Shown here piece after piece: positions 23,581 through 31,825 of a stretch of 32,833 bases of DNA. The DNA lies in assembly GCA_024643915.1 (NCBI GenBank), contig JAHEMB010000001.1, positions 1 to 32,833 of the forward strand, in the 5' to 3' direction. The notes under the pieces were generated by a model that ran no database searches, was not told the origin of the DNA, and saw nothing but the letters and a program-made list of their open reading frames with translations. The position numbers and the translations under genes were made by a program. Each line of letters starts with the position of its first letter. Positions within the stretch are counted from its first letter, which is position 1. The stretch is from Rhodothermaceae bacterium (lineage in GTDB: Bacteria > Bacteroidota > Rhodothermia > Rhodothermales > JAHEMB01).

Positions 23581-23609
23581 GTATCGTTAGCCTCCGGAGG
23601 GCCTTAAAT
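23581..23609 (-). promoter_or_regulatory. Sigma-28 (FliA)-type promoter for fliC
   Basis: The minus strand reads ATTTAAGG-N13-AACGATACAGGC. The -10 box lies ~62 nt upstream of the fliC ATG. It duplicates the motif at 22506-22534. Confidence 0.75.
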
Positions 23610-23623
23610 AGGAGAGGGAAAAA

Positions 23624-23687
23624 GATGAGGGGAGAATGGGGGAATGGACGAGAGGAAGAGTGGAAGAGTGGGGGAGAGGAGGAATGG
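23624..23687. repeat. Eight tandem purine octamers, all ending in GG, immediately upstream of the fliC promoter
   Basis: GATGAGGG GAGAATGG GGGAATGG ACGAGAGG AAGAGTGG AAGAGTGG GGGAGAGG AGGAATGG, read directly. Period exactly 8. The minus strand is almost pure pyrimidine here. Confidence 0.8.
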
Positions 23688-23756
23688 GCGAACCGCATCC
23701 CTCCTGGTCGCGCTTTCTCCACAACCTATCGCCGGCTCTCCGGCTCTCGCGTCGGC

Positions 23757-26210
23757 TCAGTTCGTCTTCAACTGTTCCGCGGCGTCGGCCAGGGTGTCAG
23801 GGTCGATCTGGAGGGTGCGCGTGGCCTGGGTCTGGGCGACGGCCACGCGGATCGTCTTGAGGCCTTTCATGCCCTGGAGGTCGGCCAGGTCGAGGCGCTC
23901 CACCTCGTCTTCGAGCAGGCCCTGTTCCTGGAGATCTGCGACGTACGCTTCGTACTCCACCGCCTCGCGCTGGTGCGAGTAGACGATGGCGATTTTGCCG
24001 GGCTGTACCACGCGCTCCTCGGTGCCCTTGATGCAGGCCTTCTCCACCCGCTGCTTCATGATCTCGTAGCGGATGTGCGGCACGCCATCCACGTCGAACT
24101 GCGCCTCGTCGAAACGGTAGCGGATGGAGATGGGGGCGTCCTGCACGAGGATCAGGTGGGTCATGTCGAGGGGCACTTCGAGGTGCTCCTTGAGCGGGGC
24201 CACGCGCGCAGCGACGCCGCACATCACCATAAGCTGCCACAGGCGTAGCGCCTTCACCGAGAGGGTGTCGTAGCGGTCGGGGTTTTCGAGGAGGGAGGGG
24301 CCGACGTAGAGGGTGAAATCGACGCCGTCGGTCTGGTGCCGCTCGAAATAGTGAGGAAAGCGCTGCTGCACCTTCTTCTGCTCGGCATCGAGGTAGTCGG
24401 CGATGGTCCGGTTGATGCGGGCCACGCTGAGTTCGAAGTCGCGGCACTGCCGGTAGAGGTAGCCACGCTCGGGGTCCATCGCCTCTCGGTAAGCGTCAAT
24501 CAGCTTCGTCACCTCGGGCGCTAGGGGGCGGAGGTGGTCGAGGATGGGGTCGAAGTCGCGTTGGAGAAAGTCACGCACGGCGGCCTCATCGCCCGAGGAG
24601 AGGCCGCGTTTGAGGGCAGCGGCGTAGCGCGTGGTGCGCGCCGTCAGGTGATGGAGCAGGGGCAGGGAGCGGGCCTCGCGGGCCTCGCGGAGTATCTCCT
24701 GGACGAGGCCGAGGTGCTCGATCAAGTCGCACTGGATGGCATCGTTGCGGTGCGTCGAGGAACTGCGAATGTCGGTGGCGGCGAAGAGGGGGTAGACATC
24801 CTGGAAGACGATGGGCTCGCCCTCGGGGCGTTCGCCCTGCTCCTGCCGCCGCAGGTAATTGACCGCCGCCTTCTTGAAGCGCCATTCCACCGTGGGATGG
24901 AAAGAGGCGTACTCCCCCAGCATGACACTCTGCACCCGGTTGCGCTCTTCTTCCTTACTGCGTGCCACCGCCGTGGCGAAAAGCGGCAGGACCTCCAGCA
25001 GCTTCATCGCGTGGAGCGCGTGCAGGTGGCCGGGCGTATCGGTCCACAGGTAGAGCACGCCAACGGCGCGCCCCCGGGCATAAAGCGGCGCGGCGACCGC
25101 ATTGCGCACCCCCGCCCGCAACAACTCGTCCTCCACGTCGGTGCGGGGGGCGTGTGCGGTCAGGTCCTCTATCACCTGCACCACCCGCGTCTTCAAGCAA
25201 CGGTCGAAGAGGGAGCCTTCGATCTCGGCCAGGTCGTACTGATCGGTGCGGCTGAAGAGGCCGTCGTCGTAGGTAGCGCCGTCGTGGAGGCGGTAGAGGC
25301 GGTCGTCATCGAGGCCGAGGACGCTGAGGTGCAGACGGGGCCGGCGGAGGAGGGTCTTGAGGCGGTTGGCCAGCAGGGGCAGGGTAGCGGCTGAGCGCAG
25401 GCTCTCAGCTTCCTCCAGGTCGCGTTCCAGCGCCGAAGTCACCTGCTGCTCGGTCACATCGTGCGCGCGGATGATGGTGAAGCCTTCGAAAGAGAAATGC
25501 TCGGGCGGCAGGTGCTTGCGCCACACCTCAAGGTCGAAGACGTTGGCGAAGAGGGCGCGGCGCGTGTCGTCGGTGAGAGGCGGTAGCGCGCCGTGTTCAA
25601 CTATCTCCAGAAAACGGTGGTCGTAGGCAATACGGAAATGGCGGTTGAGGTCGGTCTCGGGATCCTGCGAAATGAAAATGATGGGGTACTCGAAAGGTAC
25701 CTCGATGCCATAGACGGTGCGGAGGACGTGGAGGTAGGCTGTTAGCAAGCGCGCATAGGTGAACGTGCGTGCGTCCAGGTTGACCCTGCCCGAGATGAGA
25801 CCGTTCTCCTGAGTCATGAGCCACTCGAAGGAGGGGGTCGCGTAGAACGTGCGAAACTCGAACGGCAGGAGGGTGGCCCCGAGGTCAGCGTCGCGAAAAG
25901 CCAGGGGGAAGATCGGCGTCATCAACAGGTTCAGAAACGACGCGTGTTCGTCGAGGAAAGCCGGATCCTTGATGGGGCCGCCCAACTCGGGGTAGCGCGC
26001 CAAGGTCTTTTCAATGCGCTTGAGGATCGGGCGCAGGCCGGCCTCTTCATGCTCGGCTACCCCACGCCAGAAACGCAGCAAGGGCGCGAGGCTGAGGGTG
26101 GCCTCGAAGGGTACCTGAGCCAGGTCAAGCGCGGCCCAGCGACCCACGTCGCCTACGCCGCCTGTGCGGCTCCCTCCCATCAACTTGTCGCGGCGAACCG
26201 TGCTATCCAT
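23757..26210 (-). CDS. Large conserved GAF-domain-type protein of unknown function
   Basis: 817-aa uninterrupted ORF. Central segment (VIEDLTAHAPRTDVEDELLRAGVRNAVAAPLYARGRAVGVLYLWTDTP...LLEVLPLFATAVARS) looks like a GAF-domain C-terminal half. The C-terminal third (HYFERHQTDGVDFTLYVG...HLILVQDAPISIRYRFDEAQFDVDG...YEIMKQRVEKA) looks like a family I recall only as 'GAF domain-containing protein' in Bacteroidota. No catalytic or output motif recognised. Confidence 0.6.
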   Translation of the reverse strand: MDSTVRRDKLMGGSRTGGVGDVGRWAALDLAQVPFEATLSLAPLLRFWRGVAEHEEAGLRPILKRIEKTLARYPELGGPIKDPAFLDEHASFLNLLMTPIFPLAFRDADLGATLLPFEFRTFYATPSFEWLMTQENGLISGRVNLDARTFTYARLLTAYLHVLRTVYGIEVPFEYPIIFISQDPETDLNRHFRIAYDHRFLEIVEHGALPPLTDDTRRALFANVFDLEVWRKHLPPEHFSFEGFTIIRAHDVTEQQVTSALERDLEEAESLRSAATLPLLANRLKTLLRRPRLHLSVLGLDDDRLYRLHDGATYDDGLFSRTDQYDLAEIEGSLFDRCLKTRVVQVIEDLTAHAPRTDVEDELLRAGVRNAVAAPLYARGRAVGVLYLWTDTPGHLHALHAMKLLEVLPLFATAVARSKEEERNRVQSVMLGEYASFHPTVEWRFKKAAVNYLRRQEQGERPEGEPIVFQDVYPLFAATDIRSSSTHRNDAIQCDLIEHLGLVQEILREAREARSLPLLHHLTARTTRYAAALKRGLSSGDEAAVRDFLQRDFDPILDHLRPLAPEVTKLIDAYREAMDPERGYLYRQCRDFELSVARINRTIADYLDAEQKKVQQRFPHYFERHQTDGVDFTLYVGPSLLENPDRYDTLSVKALRLWQLMVMCGVAARVAPLKEHLEVPLDMTHLILVQDAPISIRYRFDEAQFDVDGVPHIRYEIMKQRVEKACIKGTEERVVQPGKIAIVYSHQREAVEYEAYVADLQEQGLLEDEVERLDLADLQGMKGLKTIRVAVAQTQATRTLQIDPDTLADAAEQLKTN

Positions 26211-26220
26211 ACAGTTTGAT

Positions 26221-26360
26221 CAATTAGCAATTAGCAATGACGAATGAACAATGAGGGAAGCACACGACAAACATCAATCAGCCGGTATGAAATCGACACG
26301 GCTGACACACGCTCCTCTGTAACATTGCTCCTTGCTCATTCCTGATTGTTTTCGTCGTTC
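26221..26360. repeat. Heptamer-periodic inverted arrays with a nested small hairpin
   Basis: Left array is CAATTAG CAATTAG CAATGAC GAATGAA CAATGAG GGAAGCA (26221-26262). Right array is TGCTCCT TGCTCAT TCCTGAT TGTTTTC GTCGTTC (26326-26360). The inner ~15 nt pair (AATGAGGGAAGCA with TGCTCCTTGCTCATT). The nested hairpin CAGCCG-N14-CGGCTG lies at 26279-26304. Confidence 0.7.
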
Positions 26361-26546
26361 GTGCCCGCTCTAACGCGAAAGGGATGCCGCAGGCGGGCTT
26401 ACCAGCAAGAAAACGAAAACGTAGCAGGATCTTGTCCGTGGTTCGTAGTCAGAGGGCCGATGTGGTATTTATCCGCTTCCTTCCGCGCTGAAGAGAATCA
26501 ACGAACTACAGCGCGCGAAGCACGCCTCCGCCGTACGACGAATCAA

Positions 26547-29500
26547 TCAGAAGAAGAAGCCGAAGGAGAGGTCGAAAAGCGTCGATTCGGGGGAGCGAGC
26601 GACGGTGGCGGTGACGGCAATCTGGTGGAAGGGAGTGATCCACACGCCACCGCCATAGCCCTGGTGCCAGACGTCCGAGCGTTCGTCCCCCCCCCACACG
26701 CGCCCGTTGTCGAGGAAAACGAGCAAGCCGCCCTCGCCCCGTGTGATGTAGGCGTTGAAGTCAACGAGCGTGGCGCGCAGTTCCACGTTGGTGAAGAAGC
26801 TGTGGCGGCCCGCGAAGCGCGTCCGACGGTAGCCGCGCAGGTTCTCCAGCCCGCCGAGCGTGTTGGCCTGGTAGAACTCGAAGTCGCCCACATTCGTGGC
26901 GCCGCCCACGCGGATGCCAAGGGTCGTTTGCCTGCGCCGGTTGAACGTGTAGAAGTAGCTGAGCTCGGCGCGGAGGCGAGCCAGCAGGGCGTCGGTGTTG
27001 CGCACCCCCGCGCTCAGGATGGTCTCCGCCAGGAAGCGTCCCCCGGCCTGCGTGTTGGCCAGAGTGTCCGTCCCATCGACTTGGTAAAAGGTCTGGAAGC
27101 CGGCGAAATACTTGTCGGTGAAGTCGTCGGGAGTAAAGCGCGTGGGGAAGGCCTCCTCGCGTGGCCCCACGTCGACGAAGGAGAAGTAGGGGCCGAGTGT
27201 AGCCGAACTGAAGAGGCCCCACTCGCGGTGCAGGGTGGGCGAGAGCGTAAACTGCTGAATCTGCGAGCGGAAGAAGTTGCGGTCCGATAAGTCGGTGCCG
27301 TTGCCCAGCCCATAGAACTGGCTGAACTGATAGACGCTGTACCAGGTGGCGTCGAGCCAGGCGTCCCAATCACCCCAGAACTGGATGATCTGGCCCTTAT
27401 AGTGGACGTTGTACGCGTTCGTGCGGAAGGCGTAGTTGGCCGCCAACTCGTGCGAGGCCGCGTACGGCGACTTGCGGAAGCCGGCCCGCTCCATGCGCAG
27501 CCCGCCGCCCAGAAAAACGCCGTCGTCTGTGTTATAGCCAAAAAAGCTGGTCGGGGAGAAGTTCGAGGTCTCGAAGCGGAGCATCTGGTAAGTGTTGTGG
27601 CCGGGCTCGTCGGAGCGGTGCACGTCGGTCTCCGGCCCCACCTGCCAGGTGTTGCCGAGCTCGCTGTCGTAAAAAACGGTCATCTCCTTGCCGCCCTTCA
27701 CGTCGGACTCGTCGATGTAGCGGTCCTCTCCCTCGCCGCCGATGGCGCGCACGAGCAGGCCGCGCCGGGCGGTACCCGTCACCTCGAACTGGTCGTCGCC
27801 CGCTAGCCCGTAGAGCCGCACCTCTTTGGTTTCGTCGTGGAAGAAAGTGCGGCGGAAAAGTTCGCGCTGCACCTCGCCCTCCTTGTTCGTCTTATAGACC
27901 ACCACCAGGGTCGAGTCGTCGTTCAGGCGAGTGACCTCGAACAACTCGTGCTTGTCGCTCCCTATCACATCGACGATGCGGGCCAGCAGTTTGTCGTAAT
28001 ACTGGGCCGCCACGTCGGGCAACTTCTCGCGGCGGGCTTTCAGAAAGCCAATGGTGCGGGCCGCTTCTTCTTCCTGGATCGGCTCCGGCCATTGCCCGAT
28101 GGCCGCCTCAATGGCCTCGTCCGTGAGGCTGTCGCGCAGGGACTCAGCAATCTCGATCCAGTCTTTTCGGGTGAGGGACGAGGTGAAGCGGCGGTCCAGG
28201 GCAGCCCCATTGTAATTGAGGCCGTAGAGGTTGCCGTAGTCCTCGCTGAAGTTGCTGTAGCGGCGGTGCTCGGGGCGCCCGGCCAGGCGCACGAGGAGGG
28301 CCAGCGGGCCGTCGAATTTGAAGAAGGCGAAGTCTCGGTCGCGGGGGATGGGACGGTAGACCTTGCCCTGGGTGCGGGCCTCACCTTCGAGGGTGGGGTC
28401 GAGTTCGTATGGCTCGAATTCGGCCCAGCGCCACTGGTCCTTGTGGCGGTCCCAGTCGCCGATGAACATGTCGAAGAGGCGGGCGCGGGCCAGGGCGCGC
28501 TCGTCCATGCGGAAGTCGTTGTCCTCCTGGATTTTCTCGAAGAGGCGGGGCGAGCCGATCACGTTGGTCGCGTTGCCGAAGCGGGCCTCGTCGGACTGGT
28601 CCTCGTCGGGCCGTGTCTCGAAAAGGGCAAACACCCCGGCGAACTCGTCGCGGTAGGGGCCGAGGCGGGGGTCGTCGGGGACGTAGACGAGGCGGGGGGC
28701 GGTGTGATAGATGCCGGCGGCCTCGGCCAGGAGCGGCACGGCGAGGGCGGCAAACGGGTTGATGGCTGAGATCTGGTCGCGGACGATGTCCTGCGCGAGC
28801 GTCTTGCGGAGGAAGACGGGGACGGACGCGACGGGGTCCTTGTCCACGGTACGGAGGACGTACTGATCGCCGTCGGCGCCCTGGAGGCGGAGCGACTTGG
28901 TCTGGAGGCCGCCGCCGCGCTTGATCGGCGTGAGCCCCCCCGCCGTCTTCGCCAGGTCTATGATGGGCACCTCGACCGGGGTGCTCCAGATTTTCCGATA
29001 GCGCTCGCCCAGGAAGAGTTTCTTGAGGGCGTTGGCCTCGTAGTGCTCGCTGGGCACCACGGTCGTCATACCCAGGCTGTGGAAGGCGTAGGGGGTGCCG
29101 TCGGTGGGAGCGGCCGGCGTCTCGCCATTGGTTTGCGACGGCGCGCCGTCGGTGGAAGCGATGACGTTGGTGGTGTCGAGGGGCGCAGGGTCGGGCACGG
29201 GCGCCTCGTCAACGGGCGGCTCGTAGGCGACGAGGGGGCGGTTGCCTTTCTCCAGGCGCATCTCGTAAACCACCTTGCCCGTTGCGCCGTCGCCTTCGGG
29301 CTGCAAGAACTGGAGCCACACGGAGCCGTCGGTGAAATAGCGCAGCACCCCGAACCCCTTGCCTTCATCGGCGAAGGCCGCGCCGTTGCCCTTCGCGACG
29401 AAGCTGCTCTTGCTGCCGGCGCCGCTGACGATGTAGTGCTGATCCTTGAAGGGGAAGTACTGGAGGTTGTGGTCGTGCCCGGCGGCGTAAACGAGGCCCT

Positions 29501-30374
29501 CGTGCTGCTCGAAAACGGCGAGCAGGTTGTTCCGCATCGTGCGGTACTTCAGGTTCGAGAGGTCCTGCGGCGTGCCGAGGTAGCGGCGCGTCATCATGTA
29601 AAGTGGGAAGCGGCGGCGCGCTTCGCGGTAGCGGCCTCCGTGCGAGCCGTTGGTGAACAACGGATGGTGCGCCACCACCACCACCTTCTTATCCCGGTTG
29701 CGGTACAGAATGTCCGACAGTTCGATGAGCACGCTGCTCTCTTCTTCGAGCAGGTACTGCCCGGTGTCGCCGTAGGTCTTGCGGTCTTCGAGCCACCATT
29801 GGGTGTCGAGGGCGATGAGTAGGAGCGAGTCGGCCAGGGGGATCTCGACGGGGCCGGGAAAAGCGTTGTCCGGCACGAACGTGTCGCCCCGGTCGAGGAC
29901 GCTTTCGACGAAATCTTCCTGCCGCATAAGGGTCGTGGGCACCCCGCCAAAGCCTTCGCCGCCCCAGTCGTGGTTGCCGGGGACGAAGACGACGCGGCCC
30001 TTGAAATCCTCGACCGTCTTGAGCTGTACGAGGATGCGGCGCTCGGCCTCCTCCCGGAAGGGGCTGGAGGTGGGCGGCAGGCCGCTGGGGTAGATGTTGT
30101 CCCCGAGGAAGACGACGCCGCTGTTCGCGCCTGCGCTGTCGAGATGGGTTTTGAGGAGCTTCAGGGCCGGCTCCATCTCGCCCGGTTGGGGGGCGCCGGC
30201 ATCGCCGACGAGGTAGAGGCTGAAGGCGAGCGTGCTGTCCGGCGGGCGGACGGCGTTCTCGTCCAGCACCGGTAAGAGGAATCGACCGGTGGGTCCACAG
30301 GCGGCCAGCCCCAGGGACAGGAACAGCAGCCCTACGAGGGCAGAGGGAAAGCGGTGGAGGCGTACGTCGTGCAT
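26547..30374 (-). CDS. Outer-membrane lipoprotein: calcineurin-like metallophosphoesterase + kinase-like middle region + Omp85/surface-antigen beta-barrel
   Basis: 1275 aa. Signal peptide with lipobox (LLFLSLGLAAC). Metallophosphoesterase motifs GDAG, GDNIY, GNHDW, AHHP, GHDH. Middle region with KRGGGLQTKSLRL ... GDWDRHKDQW ... RDRDFAF. C-terminal barrel (TLGGLENLRGYR...GGGVWITP...LFDLSFGFFF) ends in Phe. Confidence 0.8.
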   Translation of the reverse strand: MHDVRLHRFPSALVGLLFLSLGLAACGPTGRFLLPVLDENAVRPPDSTLAFSLYLVGDAGAPQPGEMEPALKLLKTHLDSAGANSGVVFLGDNIYPSGLPPTSSPFREEAERRILVQLKTVEDFKGRVVFVPGNHDWGGEGFGGVPTTLMRQEDFVESVLDRGDTFVPDNAFPGPVEIPLADSLLLIALDTQWWLEDRKTYGDTGQYLLEEESSVLIELSDILYRNRDKKVVVVAHHPLFTNGSHGGRYREARRRFPLYMMTRRYLGTPQDLSNLKYRTMRNNLLAVFEQHEGLVYAAGHDHNLQYFPFKDQHYIVSGAGSKSSFVAKGNGAAFADEGKGFGVLRYFTDGSVWLQFLQPEGDGATGKVVYEMRLEKGNRPLVAYEPPVDEAPVPDPAPLDTTNVIASTDGAPSQTNGETPAAPTDGTPYAFHSLGMTTVVPSEHYEANALKKLFLGERYRKIWSTPVEVPIIDLAKTAGGLTPIKRGGGLQTKSLRLQGADGDQYVLRTVDKDPVASVPVFLRKTLAQDIVRDQISAINPFAALAVPLLAEAAGIYHTAPRLVYVPDDPRLGPYRDEFAGVFALFETRPDEDQSDEARFGNATNVIGSPRLFEKIQEDNDFRMDERALARARLFDMFIGDWDRHKDQWRWAEFEPYELDPTLEGEARTQGKVYRPIPRDRDFAFFKFDGPLALLVRLAGRPEHRRYSNFSEDYGNLYGLNYNGAALDRRFTSSLTRKDWIEIAESLRDSLTDEAIEAAIGQWPEPIQEEEAARTIGFLKARREKLPDVAAQYYDKLLARIVDVIGSDKHELFEVTRLNDDSTLVVVYKTNKEGEVQRELFRRTFFHDETKEVRLYGLAGDDQFEVTGTARRGLLVRAIGGEGEDRYIDESDVKGGKEMTVFYDSELGNTWQVGPETDVHRSDEPGHNTYQMLRFETSNFSPTSFFGYNTDDGVFLGGGLRMERAGFRKSPYAASHELAANYAFRTNAYNVHYKGQIIQFWGDWDAWLDATWYSVYQFSQFYGLGNGTDLSDRNFFRSQIQQFTLSPTLHREWGLFSSATLGPYFSFVDVGPREEAFPTRFTPDDFTDKYFAGFQTFYQVDGTDTLANTQAGGRFLAETILSAGVRNTDALLARLRAELSYFYTFNRRRQTTLGIRVGGATNVGDFEFYQANTLGGLENLRGYRRTRFAGRHSFFTNVELRATLVDFNAYITRGEGGLLVFLDNGRVWGGDERSDVWHQGYGGGVWITPFHQIAVTATVARSPESTLFDLSFGFFF

Positions 30375-30589
30375 TGTGCGTAAGAGAGCAACCGGAATCT
30401 TCGGTTTATCTCGGGCCGTTAGTGAAACGCTGGAGGGGTGGTGCTAACCCACAGAGTCGCCGCGCTACTGCCCGTTATTTGGCAAAAAGTAGCAATATTG
30501 TCCGTAGTTTGCAGGAAATCCGCAGCCGGAGGCGAACGCCGGTAGCGGCTTCCGGCGTTTGCAAAGAAGAGCAACTATCCGGCCCACCC

Positions 30590-31825
30590 ATGATGAGCGA
30601 CGCCCCCGATACGGCAGAAGCCGTCCGCACAGCAGCAGCCCCGGCCGCCACCGTCCGTGTAGAAGACGTACTGCCCGAAGCGGCGGCTTTCGTGTACGAG
30701 CTTCTCAGCCAGAAGCTCCCCGATACGTTGCTCTTTCACTCCTACCAGCACACCGTCGATGTTGTGGAGGTGGTGCTGAAAATCGCACGGAAAGACGACC
30801 GGCCGGACGAAGAGCGCGACCTGGTGGCCCTCGCCGCCTGGTTCCACGATACCGGCTTTACCGAAACCTATGAGGGGCACGAGGAGGTCAGCGTCCGTAT
30901 TGCCACCACGTTTCTGCGCGAGCGCGGCCTGCCTGACAAGACGATCGATCGCGTGGCCGACCTGATCCGCTCGACCCACCCCGACCGCGAGCCCCGCGAC
31001 GGCGCCGAGGCGCTGCTTCACGACGCCGACTATGCCCACCTCGGCCGCAAGAAGTTCTTCGAGCGGGCCGAGCGCCTGCGCCGCGAGTGGGAACGGCACC
31101 TGGGCCGCACCTACTCCGAGCGGGAATGGACTGAGCTTCAACTCAGGTTCCTCCATTCCGTCAGCTACCTGACCGACTACGGAAGCAAGAAGTACGGCAA
31201 GCGCAAGCGCAAGAACGCCATCAAGCTGCAACACGAGCTGGCCGCCCGCCTCGACGCTGAGAAGCCGCTACCCCCCTCCGACGACCTAGGCCGGCCCAAG
31301 CGTGGCATCGAGACGCTCTTCCGCACAGGCTATCGCAATCACATCAACCTCAGTTCCATCGCCGACGCGAAGGCCAACATCATGATCTCGATCAACGCGA
31401 TCCTGATGTCGATCATCGTCTCGTTCATCTCCACCCGCCTGCAGGCCGATACGTGGCTGCTCGCCCCGGCTGCCGCCCTCCTCGTTTCCTCCCTGGCCTC
31501 CATCATCTTTGCCATCCTCAGCGCCCGCCCCGAGGTAACCAGTAAGATCTTCACCATCGAGGACGTGATGGAGCGGAAAGGCAACATCCTTTTCTTCGGC
31601 AACTTCGTCAATATGTCGCCGGCTGACTTCCGAGTGGGCATGCGGCAGATCATGGACGATTATGACCGGCTTTACGACAGCATGATCAACGATCTCTACT
31701 CCCTTGGCGAGGTGCTCTCGCGGAAGTACCGGCTGCTTTATATCTCCTACACTGTTTTCATGGCGGGCCTGGTCATCACGGTTTTGCTCTTCCTCTTCTT
31801 CTTCTTTGTGATGCCAAATTTATAG
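30590..31825 (+). CDS. HD-domain phosphohydrolase fused to a Pycsar-effector-like (DUF5706-like) three-helix membrane domain
   Basis: The ORF-track start 30374 is TTG and begins inside the divergent gene. ATG 30590 (MMSDAPD) gives 411 aa. HD motifs FHSYQHTVDV, LAAWFHDTGF, LLHDADYAHLG. C-terminal GIETLFRTGYRNHINLSSIADAKANIMISINAILMSIIVSF plus two more TM helices and NILFFGNF. Confidence 0.75.
   Translation: MMSDAPDTAEAVRTAAAPAATVRVEDVLPEAAAFVYELLSQKLPDTLLFHSYQHTVDVVEVVLKIARKDDRPDEERDLVALAAWFHDTGFTETYEGHEEVSVRIATTFLRERGLPDKTIDRVADLIRSTHPDREPRDGAEALLHDADYAHLGRKKFFERAERLRREWERHLGRTYSEREWTELQLRFLHSVSYLTDYGSKKYGKRKRKNAIKLQHELAARLDAEKPLPPSDDLGRPKRGIETLFRTGYRNHINLSSIADAKANIMISINAILMSIIVSFISTRLQADTWLLAPAAALLVSSLASIIFAILSARPEVTSKIFTIEDVMERKGNILFFGNFVNMSPADFRVGMRQIMDDYDRLYDSMINDLYSLGEVLSRKYRLLYISYTVFMAGLVITVLLFLFFFFVMPNL

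Noticed and set aside
28990-29005. Plus-strand CCGATAG (a sigma-28 -10-like core) inside the 1275-aa gene, and other isolated CGATA occurrences (for example at 8931).
   Set aside because: They lie inside coding sequence, lack the ATTTAAGG -35 partner at the right spacing, and have no downstream gene in the right orientation.
30375-30589. Bacteroidetes-type TAnnTTTG -7 promoter boxes in the divergent region (TAGTTTG at about 30505, TTATTTGG at about 30474).
   Set aside because: Neither matches the TAnnTTTG spacing exactly. The flagellar genes here show Shine-Dalgarno sites and proteobacterial-type sigma-28/sigma-54 boxes, so I cannot assume that promoter grammar applies.
1009-31747. Many long ORFs antisense to or frame-shifted within the recognised genes. 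Examples: 1009..2211 +, 2908..4281 +, 5942..6994 +, 10143..11375 +, 12286..13461 +, 12296..13240 -, 12569..13744 +, 13440..14525 +, 17927..18955 -, 20903..21913 +, 22662..23537 +, 24534..25394 +, 26346..27290 +, 27837..28769 +, 29043..29822 +, 30575..31234 -, and 31747..32583 - (which extends past 31747).
   Set aside because: Each one shadows a gene with unmistakable family motifs on the other strand or frame. Their translations are Arg/Ala/Gly/Pro-rich low-complexity strings, typical of stop-poor alternative frames in GC-rich DNA. None carries a recognisable motif.
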